This document shows, in pieces, positions 1 to 11,374 of a stretch of DNA of 64,000 nucleotides; the first letter of the stretch is position 1, and every line of letters begins with the position of its first letter. A program made the translations under genes and the position numbers. The DNA comes from Raillietiella orientalis (Eukaryota): the NCBI GenBank assembly GCA_036172245.1, contig JAYWIR010000006.1, positions 4,154,001-4,218,000 on the forward strand, given 5' to 3'. Below the pieces are notes generated by a model. That model did no database searches. It was given only the letters and a program-made list of their open reading frames with translations, and was not told where the DNA came from.

Positions 1-144
1 GCCATCGTGTGAGTATGCGGTTTTTCGTGTGTTCACCCGCGTATCAAACATTTTGTGAAGAGACGTTGAATTTCTCTAACTTCGCTGCATAATGCATTTG
101 TAGTTTCCTTTTTTCTCTTAAGCATGGCTCTCAGGTCTTCATGA

Positions 145-147
<3 letters not shown>

Positions 148-195
<48 letters not shown>
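148..195. repeat. (AT)24 microsatellite
   Basis: Uninterrupted AT dinucleotide run read directly. Confidence 0.95.
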
Positions 196-197
<2 letters not shown>

Positions 198-379
198 CTT
201 TTATCGAAAAAAAAAATGCTCGTCTTCGGAATCGTTTCCATTGCACGAGGCTTACGCGTTCTTCATTAGAATTTTGCTGGCATCAAAAGGTACGCAACTG
301 TGTGCAGTGAATATAAATAGCACTTTCCGGGTATTTTTTTTCTCCCCCCCTCTTCCATTCTCGCTCCTCGTGGAAAGTT

Positions 380-930
380 GGCAGTGGCACGCATGTCGGC
401 ATTCCTCGCGTTCCCGGGTGGGCAGCACGCGAGCGCGTGTGGCAGCGCGGTGTTCCCCGCCGTGTGGGGAAGAGGTGCCCGCGCGCCCCACGTCCCCGTC
501 CCGGGGCAGTGCCGTCGCAGACGCAGCTTTCCCCCGTGGGCTGTTGTGGTGTACGGCGGAAAAATCACCCGCGTGTACCTGTACACGTAGGTGTACCAGC
601 TTGCCACGGCCGTGCGGCAGGCGAGGATGTGCGATCGTGTCGGAGAAGTAAGTGACCTTGGACTTAACCCAGGTGTGCCTCGCGGTGGTGGCCAACGGAA
701 TCCACCCTCACCGGAACTACAAGAAAAAAAGCATAACCCTCGCAACGCACGCCACGTGAAAGAGCGATAACAATGTGCGTGCGTGGGTGTGCGTGCGTGC
801 GTGGGTGTTGCCCTCCCCCCTCCCCCTTAACCCCCCCCCCGCCCCTTCTGTCCATTGTTGGCTCGCCGCCGTCGAGAACGACGAGCCGCTCGGGAGTGCA
901 GCCTTTTCTTCACGGCCCGGCCAGTGCATA
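380..930. promoter_or_regulatory. GC/CpG-rich island upstream of PIGL, probable (bidirectional) promoter/5' leader region
   Basis: Sharp CpG-rich patch in an AT-rich background, ending ~60 nt before the PIGL ATG. Contains (GCGT)n and C-runs. Promoter role is inferred. Confidence 0.4.
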
Positions 931-988
931 GCAAGTGTTTCCTGTTCTCAATCTGACGGTTATTTTTCAGCAAACTGGTTTATGGGGA

Positions 989-1901
989 ATGTGGATTGTG
1001 CTCGTACCACTTCTGTTGATTCTGTTTTTGAGTATATGGTATATTTCCAAATCCATTCCCCTTTGCCATGTTTTTGAAAAGTCAAGACGTGCCCTTCTTG
1101 TTATAGCACATCCTGATGATGAGTGCATGTTTTTTGGCCCCAGTCTTCTGCACCTGGGGCACTTAGGTTGTTCAGTGTACATTCTCTGTTTGTCAACAGG
1201 TATGTTCCTCCTCTACCCCCCCCTCTACTGATGTATGAAATAAATGAATTTTAGGTAACTATAATAAACAAGGTAACATTCGTAAAGAAGAATTGTTCTG
1301 TAGTTGCAATAAATTGGGCATTCCTTCATCAAACATTATATTACTCGAGTGAGCAAACATTTCTAATATGTTTTCAATGTATGTGAAGTTCTCAGGATTT
1401 ACCGGATGATCCCAATGTGACGTGGAACTTTAAAAAAATTCAAAAGATCGTTGGTCATCATGTAGGAGCCTTAGATATCGATACGGTTAGAAAGAATTGG
1501 GTCGATTAGGGAGTTCTAGCTGTAACATTGCATTTAGCTGATTACATTTGATGACTATGGAGTTAGTGGACATAGAAATCATCAAGATATAAGTAAGAGT
1601 CTAAAAGATCTTCATCTCCCAGCAGGTTAGCATTTGAGATTTTTCGAGCCTACTGTAACAGCTGTTTACTACAGAATGCCATTTGTATATGTTAACATCA
1701 GTGAATCTGCTTCGCAAGTACTTATGTTGGCTGGATGAAGTAATTCTGTATTTTGGGAAGTGTCAACCTATAATAGTCCCAAAAGAAGGTCGGAAACGAA
1801 TTTATGAAGCCATGCTTTGTCATCAAACTCAGTTGCTGTGGTTCCGGAAAATTTATTTCTATATGTGTCGTTATGTATACATAAACACATTTAACTGTTA
1901 A
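989..1901 (+). CDS. PIGL: N-acetylglucosaminyl-phosphatidylinositol de-N-acetylase (GPI anchor biosynthesis), 5 exons
   Basis: Exons 989-1199, 1255-1348, 1389-1485, 1538-1625, 1675-1901 splice in frame with GT-AG ends. N-terminal TM segment plus motifs [57 protein letters not shown] and [13 protein letters not shown] typical of PIG-L. Confidence 0.95.
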
Positions 1902-1920
1902 AAATACATTCTACAACTGT

Positions 1921-3174
1921 TCAGGGCCATAGTTTCTGGAACAGTTCCATGAAAGAATCATAAATCATAAAAGTAATAGCCACATCCAAACATACACGGC
2001 TCAGACGAGGCACAGTACCTTTGTAGAAACTAAATGAGAAATCCAAGGTGTTAGACCTGTGTGCTGACTTACGCAAATGGTCCCTCATTTTTCCAAATCT
2101 GCAGCATGCAGTCAAGTGAATTCCTGTATTTGGATGCCTCCAAACCCTACAGGTTTACACACAGCTGCATGCTATGCTGCCTACAACATTCTTTACCTGC
2201 ATGCGGGTCTTAATCACATCAATCGGTGTGTTTGCAAAAACTGATGCTGCTCCTGCCACAGCACCAAACATCCCTGTCACAATTTTATTCACAGGCTTTG
2301 TGGGATCACCTCCTCGATACCAGTCCTATAAGATTTCAAATGATCATTGTGTGACCCACAAAGCTGTTTACTTTTAAGGATTCCATAACAAAGAACCTTA
2401 TTGCTTGATTGCTTCCTTGTTTTAGCATAGTTGCTGTAAGTCCTTGGTAAGTTCCACGCATACCTATGACTGCAAGATTATTACAAAACAGAATATTCTA
2501 CAGGCCTTGTTCATGGACTATAGTTCGTACACCATGAAAAAATCCACGATACTTAGGTGAAGGGGAGTTCTGATCATGAATGAACTTCACTTTAATGGTT
2601 TCCATTGGAGTTACTGCAAAAACAGCTTCTGCCAATCCTGCCCCCAAACCACAATACAGTCTTTTCATTGGTGTTAGATTTCCCCTATCATCTACACTGA
2701 ACTTTTTGAGCTCTTCAAAAGCTCCAAATCTGAATGGTTTGAAATAATTGGTCATGATCACACATCTTCTCACCGAACAGCACTTTTAGGTATTGATCCA
2801 TAGATGAGAACACTGAGACCACGATATAAACCAAATACTCCATTTCTACTGACAGTCTTCTTGACACAGTCAACAATTCCGGAGTACTGTTTTGCTTTGC
2901 CACTATGTTCATCTAGCTGGAGTTGGGTTTTAACAAATTCTGTAGGGAATGTGATGCAAATTTCAATACCACCAGTGATACCTCCTAAAAAAAAAGTCAT
3001 CATACAGTAGCTGAAGTCACATGCTGACAGCAGAAATGCTGGCAAATACTACAAGGTTTGCATACCTGCAATAATGCCTCTTAGTCCCTTGTTTGTGGTG
3101 GATTTTGGATTTGATGGAGAAGGCAGTGCAGTTAACTTGGTGAGATTGGGAGATGGGGAGGTCTTATCACCCAT
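1921..3174 (-). CDS. SLC25A1: Mitochondrial tricarboxylate (citrate) carrier, multi-exon
   Basis: ATG 3174 (MGDKTSPS...). Spliced product contains [86 protein letters not shown] and [24 protein letters not shown], i.e. three carrier repeats with citrate-carrier-type sequence. TGA at 1921-1923. Confidence 0.96.
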
Positions 3175-3633
3175 TTGTGTGAATAATTAAAACTTGAAGA
3201 AAATTGTCTTAGGTTGGTCATCATGTTAATTTGCATTTCACAATACAACATTCATTATATGGTCAAACTCGGGAGGATGATCATGTGTACTCACAAGGGT
3301 GAAAGAAGTGAAAGTTTTTGCCACAAAGTAGCAGAACATTACACAAGCTCCCACATGCCAGGCCAGGATACGAGGAGGTTAAGGAATTTGGGTTCATCAC
3401 GTACGCTTTCGTATGCAACTCATACCGTGATCATCACAATACACCAATAGTAGTATTATGTACTTCCTTACTAGCTAACCCAGGCGGCTTCCAGTTCAAA
3501 GCTCTGTACGCTTTCCCAGTTTGGGCAACATGACAGGTTTCCAGTACAATGACTACTGAATTACGCAAAATACGAACAATTACAAGGATGCCAGGAGTAC
3601 GGCAGCTGTACACTCTTCCATATACCGATCCAC

Positions 3634-3767
3634 CTGCCTGCAACGAGGGGGGTCCTGCGGACGTCGTTCACGATCCTCGCGATACGTACGTATGGCTTCC
3701 TTTCGTGGTCGTACAAGTACAGCTCCCACGGGCTCAATACTCGGCCTCGGCCGGCTGACAGGAGTGC
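3634..3767 (-). other. Probable non-coding 5'-UTR exon of SLC25A1
   Basis: Minus-strand acceptor TTTTTTCCAG before 3767 and donor CAG|GTGGAT after 3634. No ATG inside. An upstream donor CTG|GTAAAT lies at 3993 and an acceptor lies 18 nt before the SLC25A1 ATG. Confidence 0.4.
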
Positions 3768-3933
3768 CTGGAAAAAATCGAAATTTATGCAGGCAGTTGC
3801 AAGTTCTTCCACGGCCTCCCGTTGGGCAAACGCGGTTCTGCAAGACGTGGATTTTTTTTTTTTTCCACGTCGCTTCTCCGGTGGTATCGCAATAGGCAAA
3901 TGCTGCTTCACAATCTTGCATGTGAAGTATTTT

Positions 3934-3954
3934 TGTGTGTGTGTGTGTGTGTGT
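3934..3954. repeat. (TG)n microsatellite
   Basis: Direct read. Confidence 0.9.
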
Positions 3955-6900
3955 CGACGGGCCTTGCCCGGGGGGATGACCATCTACATTTACCAGGAAT
4001 CGAAAATACGGTGCTGCAACTAAGGGGACATTTCGAAGAATTGGGTAAACTGTTTATGACAAAGAAAGTGACAAAAATCCAACGATGCACGTGGATAAAG
4101 GACAACAAAAAAAAAAAAGTGTCATGCGACACGATCAGGAACTGAATGCAAAAAATAGTCAGCCCGCTCGACGTGAGAGCGTACCGAAACACCAACACCC
4201 CTCAACTCTGTGTTCAGTTCCCATTAGCGTACAACCTCACCATTCGTATTAGAAATACGATTACCACTCGTGTAAACACAATGTTAACTCACATCCCCTT
4301 ATTTGAAGGAAAGAAAAACAATAAAAAGAAGTCTTTTGCGGCACGATAGTGTAATTTTATTCCGACACATTCCAATTCCATCTCGGTCTCATCGTTGGAT
4401 GTTTCGAATCTTTCGATCTCATCGCAGGGTTCGAAGTAATTCTACGCAAATTAATCTCATCGGAAGGTTCTACTTTTCATTCGGTTCTGTTTACAAAAAG
4501 CTTCGATGTCTTTTATACAAAATACACACACGAACACACACACTCAGACTTCAGACTTGATGGATTTTTAAGTCACATGCTTTGCATGAGTTTATCTTGA
4601 GTTAATTTCAGAAGCCAGGTAGCCATCAACTCGTGCAATATATAAGTTTAAGCTTCTCTCTACTTCTTAACGAACATTTCCTTATAATTTCTAGAGACTT
4701 GGTTTCCTTAACAAGAATCTGATGGAAAGTTTTGCAGTATCTTGCATGGATTCATCATAAGGATGAGATCATCGAAAAAGGAAACAAACGACCTTAATGA
4801 GTTCGCACTTTCATAGAATCCCTTAAGAGCAATGTTATTGGATACCAATTATCATCAATAATGCAATTGCATTTTTTTTTTTAAAGGGATCAGACAACTT
4901 GTTAGGAACAAATTATGTGTGTGCAATAAGGATATATAATGTAAACTCTTCCAGGTAAAAAGGAGACTACCACATTGAAGTACTCCTCATCAAAAACACT
5001 CGAACTTTGTGAACACGAGAAGAACACATTGGACTAGTTTTACGAGTTACATCCTTAGATAAGAAAGTAAAAGCCATGCCAGTGGAACAAAGCATGCTCA
5101 AAAGTGAAACCTGTTCTTTCCGATATTTCCGGAATTTCTGATGAAGTACATAAAAAGTAAACCAAAACATAATAGATTATGCATGGCAAAAAGCACAAAA
5201 TTTTTTATTCCATTCTCGAATCATCAGTTGTAACGCATGAAGGTGTGGATAGTCTTGGGAATGACTTATCCACCTTTTCCTGGAGAGGAACCTCAGGAAA
5301 ATTTGGCTCTCATCTGTAGCTGACTCGTCATTGGCCCTTGTAAATAAATAATGAATGAGTGTGCGGTTACACTGTTCAGGTAATTTCAAAGTAGTAGTAG
5401 GATTGCTGTAGGTGTCCTATTTCTGAACTCTTCATGCTAGTAGAATTGTAAATTTAAACATGATAAGTAAAAGTACCATTCCTTGTGTAGATTTGCCTTT
5501 TGCTGGATTGCCTGAACCATGAAAAATCTGCGCTGTCTCGGGGCGGGGTTAATGACGTGAAAGTAAATTTTCTTTGAAGTTAGCAGAATGAGTCGCTAAA
5601 TTCAAGTTATCAGTTATACAGGAAATGATGAAACGGAAAATTCAACAGCCGTATTTTGTTGAATGGCTTTCCTTATCGTAATTTTCAACGCAACTTCTAA
5701 AATAGTAAAAGAAGAGATTTATGATGGCATGGACTGCGACAGGTTTGGTAGACAAGATGTGATTTTTTCAACATGAGATAAACAAGTGGACAGATACCAA
5801 ATCAAATGATACAGGATTTTTTAAATGATATTTTCTCGAAAATGCATCAGAGTTATTAAATGATAAGCGTGATCTTCACTACGAAGAGAGGCTAGAATAT
5901 TTACTGCAATAAGGATCCCCGCTCTTCAACACGAGGGACTGTATCAATGAGTTTCTTAGAACTATGAACATCACCTTCAATCTTATTTTTTCATGTTTCT
6001 GCAGCATTAGTTATGTGAATCTTCAATAGGATGGAATTCTCCCCGAAATTAATTTTGATTTCAAACTCTTGTGATAGCAACGATTCATGATTGATGTGTG
6101 TATTACACGTGGAGGATCTTCAGTATTCTTTGCTAGCCCAATTCTTCACCACTGACATTAGATTCCATTTCAGTGTCTTTCTTGGATTCTTAGAGAATTC
6201 CGAAAGTGTTTAGAGTTCAATTCAATATTTAGAGCCAAAAAACGGTGAGACCGTAAACAAACACCACTTATAAATTAAGAATACTCGTTGTATGCCTGTT
6301 TGAAAAATTTCACGTGATATCTCTTTTTCGGTGCTCTTTGAGTGTGGGCCTATTTGGAAATTGGTGGTGTGATTGTGTATGACGGTGTGGATGGATTTCA
6401 GTGCAATAAGTGTGACGCTTTATCATTTATCAAAACGTAAATGTGTATGCTTTGTTTTCTTTCATTTGGCGAACCAATGAAAAAAAAAAAGAACCGTCTT
6501 ATTCGTCGTAAAGACATTCGGGATATGCCACAGAACTGTAGTGTTTTTAGGAATCTTATCGTTCAGCTTTAATGCCTACCTAATAGAATACTTTTTCTCT
6601 GGAAAAAAACAAAAAAAATTCTGGATGTTACTCAAAATCAAAACACTTTAAGTAAGCTGAAGTAAAATTTAATTTACTTTTGTATGCTGACTATTTTAAA
6701 TTAAGTTTCAACCCAGGTTTAGTGTCTAACTAGTCTTGTTCCAGGAGATAAACAGTTTCTTTTTAAACTAGCAGTAGATTTGTGTGGAGTGCCGCATTTT
6801 GAAAAGAATTTTTTTTTTGACCATATTAATTCAGATTTGTGAACGTCTTTTGGTTCCTTACAGTTGCAAGTTCCCAATGCCTTTGTGAAAGTTTTTCCTT

Positions 6901-7190
6901 TGTGGTTATGATGGATAATTATTACGGAAATTTATCAGTAGCAAGGAGCTATAGCATTAATCCCAGGAGGTGTAAATGGAAAATAGGATATACTTTGAAA
7001 TGATTGAGCCTTGTTGAGCATCGTTTTTTTTTTTGTAAGCATTAACGGTCCGGTTCAGGGAGCTTTTAGTTCTGTTTCTTAATATTTCTGTGAGTTGGCG
7101 GTGAGAACATAAGGATAAAAGTCTTGAAATTAAGGATAAAGATCTCTAAACACATATTTATTAGTGCCAGGTATATATTAATTGGTGAGG

Positions 7191-8173
7191 ATGATTAAAA
7201 GTTTTATAAATGCTTCAAAATATATTCTTGAGTCGTGCACTCCAAAGGTGTATTGCGAGGAAGATGCATCACATTCTGTAGATCCAAAAGATGATGATGA
7301 TGAAGAAGAATTAGTTGATCCTCAAGTTGTTCTCAAGGTAATATGGATATTTGGTCAGCATTGGAATTGTGTTGCTGCATGATTGTTGTGTAAGTGAGCC
7401 TCCTTACTGAGGAAAAGAAATTTTGTTTTGCCAAGAGTTTTAAAATAAGTTATAAGAATAAAGAATCTGTTAATGATCCTTTAAATTCGTTTCCTGCGTT
7501 TTTTTTCCTCTTTTGATGGCATACATGTAAAAATGTTTTCTAATGGGTTGAATGTTCATTCTGATTCACTTTTGTTATGTAAATCATGCCACTGTACATA
7601 ATAGCAACTGATCATGCGTGATCGGGCAGTTAGTGACTGGTTGCATAAATCTATAATTATTGCTATGTTTTAATCAGTCTTTGAGCTTGTTGATTTTTTA
7701 GCATTTTCTATTATATCTCCTTAATGTCTCCCATATGAAATATGTAAAACATTGTCACGAATTCTAAAGTTGAGCTTTTACAAGATTTAATGTTTTTGAT
7801 CGTAACTTTGTTTATTCAGTAAGCATTGACTGCAACATATATGTTCAAATATATATTGCAGTCTGTGGAAAAATGGGGAAAAATTCGAAAAAAAAAAGAT
7901 TTTCTCGTGTTTGAGTAAAAGACAATTTTAGTGTTCCTTTATTAACTCTTGCTATTGTAACTGATTTGTTTCTCCTCCTAGTGTATTTATTTTTTTTAGG
8001 AAAAGTGTGCAAAAGAAGCGAAGTGTCAGAAGCTACAGGAAAACCTTACAACATGTAACAATCGAGTAAATTCTAGAAAACAAACTAAAGAAACTTGTTT
8101 TGAAGAGCTTATGGATTTTGTTCACTGTGTAGATCATTGTGTAGCCAAAGATTTGTTCAATCATCTTAAGTAA
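7191..8173 (+). CDS. UQCRH: Cytochrome b-c1 complex subunit 6 (hinge protein), 2 exons
   Basis: Exons 7191-7337 and 8000-8173 (phase 0, GT-AG). Acidic DDDDEEELVDPQ followed by EKCAKEAKCQKLQENLTTCNNRVNSRKQTKETCFEELMDFVHCVDHCVAKDLFNHLK*, the hinge-protein Cys pattern. Confidence 0.96.
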
Positions 8174-11100
8174 CAACTTATGTCATTGTTAAAATAACAT
8201 TAGTTAATCATGAAGGAAATATGAAATAACTTATTTTGTTTATATGATTGCATAAATATCTGATCTGTGCATGTAAACATGTAAACTACTTCATAATTAG
8301 CATTATTATCAGCAAATAATTGGGTCCCCATCAGTGCCCATTTCATTATTTGGATGTAATTCAGGAATGCTGTTTCTGTTTGTTTTTTTTCAAGTCAGGT
8401 AGTAAGTGTTTGTATCAAGAACTTTGCTTAATGCGTATTAGATTTTTTCATATAATTCTTGAAGTTCATTTATAAAAATGACAAAACTCTTTCCAAGTTT
8501 GCCATTCATTGCATTTGTGAGTAAAATTTGGGGATAATAACAGTCAAAATGCTAAATGCAAAACTGAAACAATAGGAGCAACATATGGAAGTAGTGAACT
8601 TGAGAATCTGTTGAATACAAATAACACAGTAATGAATGGTTTCAAGAATTCAATGTTGGTGCTTCTTGTTAGGATGTAACATCTCATTTTTATTTATGGC
8701 ATTAGAAGAGTGACCATCATACCTATAGTATAGGAATTTTGCTAACATCGATATGCACAGCTGGCTATATGGACTTTGTTTTTTTCATTTTATGCACAAA
8801 TAGCCCATTTGCATTTATTGCAGTAAGCCGTAAGGTGTAAGTCGGAATTGTTGGTTTGAGATCTCACAATGAATTGTTTTTTGGTGATAAGCTGTAGTGC
8901 ATATGTGCAACCAAATGTTAGCATAGGAAGGTTAATCTTTTTACTGAATTCCAAAGAAGTTGCATGTTCTAATGTGATCATGAATACCACTCTTATTGCC
9001 CATAATGTGGTCATGAAATGTGGTATCATGCAAATGTCATCTTGTGTGCTTTGATGTAAAGTGCATTTATTTCTGCCAAAATACATTAGTAGTCTCACAT
9101 CGGATTGCATTATTGTATTTCCTCATATTTCAACTGTTAATTTTGTTCTTTGAGGTCTCGCCAATTTACTCTTGATGTTGCTTGTGCATTCACAGTGAGA
9201 CCTGGTTTTGTAGGTGTACCCTGCATGCACTCTTAGCTTTGAGTGGAATGTCATACTGTCAGTACTATATTTAAATAAAGAAATGCATTTCTTGATGAGT
9301 TCAGTGCTTGGAAGTATAGTCTGATACTAAGGCATTGATCTCATTGTTTTCTGATGTGGACACCATGCATACCAGAAAGAATACATGATTAGAATTGTCC
9401 AAAACCACATGATGAACAGAAATGTTCCATCAGTTTGGTGAGATACGGGAAGCATATTGGTAAAGGTAACAGTAAAGGAGCTCACGAAGATTCCATTTTC
9501 TGTTGTAGTGAAATGTACAGTATAAAGGCATCCTTTTGGGATTGCTTTTGCATTGCTGCTTGTGACATACAAGATGGGTGTCAGCGTTTTGATAGTTACG
9601 ATGGGATAAATATTTTTTCTGAAGAAAGCTTGCAGGCATTATCACGTGTTGTTTTCTCTTGAGGCATGACTTCTAAAAGGTAATGTTGAAGTCATGAGAT
9701 TTCTGATTTTTTATATATTAGTTCATTTTGCACACCATCAGTGGCTGTTCCCACATAAGCTGCTAGATTATGAAGTGATCAATGCATGCAGTGGTGGTGA
9801 TCATGTGTTATGTTTTAGAGTATTTAATGATGGGAACGATTCAGCATTTATGGAGCGAGAGAAAATGATTTCAATTCAGTTTAGGAGTCATTCATAGTAT
9901 GCACCTTTTACTGAGAACAGATTATGAAAGGCACAAATCATTTCAAGCTTTCCAGTTTATTAAATTTGCCATGATTACTTGCAAACATGTAATCCAAAGC
10001 TCAAGCCAATGTAATCAGATTTCCAGACAGCTGAAACTACAGTCTCTGGTTCACCCAAGTTTTTTGTCCTGGGAGGCTTTCAATTCTGAAAAAAGGTTAG
10101 CATCTGGTGACACATGTTGAAGTACTTTTGTGAAATTCGTGTTTGTCCGAACTCCACTAGGCTGCTGTGCTTGCAAAAATGTCATTATTTTGACCAAAGG
10201 CCATCACTCAATTGAGCTTGATGTGCTTATTTGTTGATATTGAATTTCTCCCAGGATTGTTGCAAAATTAAGATTTGTAAATCATTAAACATAGATTTCC
10301 ACCATGTTTACACCTTTATGTAACAAAGGCATCTCAAACTCATTAAGTTTTCCCATATGTTTGCTCAAAAGTCTGGTATAATGAACGTTTTTCATAGGAA
10401 AAATAACTTATTCTGTCATATGGTAATTTAGAACCCACATTTCAAAAACTGTTAACACAAGCAATTTAACCATTGATAATCATAAAGTGGTTTACCAATT
10501 AATTCTAATTTACGATCCCAACTTGACGTTTTTGGATGCATGAAAATTGAATTTTTTTGGTTGCTCTAATTAAACCTTTTACTCAGTCATTCATGATGCA
10601 ATTTTACTTAAGTGAAGGGTAGCTGATACAGTTGTTTGATATAATTCGTGACCTGAAGTGGAATCATTCGTGTTTTATGAATAATTCAAGGTTTAGAGAA
10701 AGGATGAACAAATTTCAGCTCTTTGCTCTTATTTTTGAAATATATTAAATTTTATAGAGAAGATAAAAGTATTGAAAGCCCAATGACTTGGATATTTAAG
10801 GGCAACAAGGTGCATGGGCAGATCAGCTAAAAATGAAGCAGCTGGGACAGTAATAAGCTCCCCCCAATTTATTTTAATAGCAGCTTTGCTGATACCGGAG
10901 ATAAAACCTTTATTGCTATCTTAATTGTGATACAACTTCCGTTTCTAAAAACAATTCCAACAATACCATTTGTGTTAGTTCTCCATCAACAGTTCACATA
11001 ACATGGATTCAGATTTTTACCAATGTGTCATGGTACAACCACTGTCAGCAACTTTCGCCAGTAAAGAACAAGTATTTCCAGAATACATGTTCGATGAATT

Positions 11101-11374
11101 TGGAACAATCCAATCGTCTGAGCCCATGTTATAGCAGTGCTTCTAAGAAAAACTAAAATCTTAATATAAAATCATTTTCTTTATAAAAATCAGACAGCAC
11201 TGTAGATTTCAATATTTGTATACAGTTTTGTCACTTTCTGTCATGAGTTTAAAAATCTTAGATCTTGAAAGTTATGCACATCAACAAGAACTAATGTAAA
11301 TATAAAAGGGACAGATGATAAAATGCATTTCGGGATCAAATTCCGTTGGCATCCTAAGGTCTACAGAGGTGGCA

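Noticed and set aside
241..929. Overlapping ORFs of 60-159 aa on both strands
   Set aside because: Expected in a GC-rich patch; mostly non-ATG starts and no homology recognised.
3434..4198. ORF cluster upstream of SLC25A1
   Set aside because: ORFs run through microsatellites and homopolymers; better explained as 5' leader sequence.
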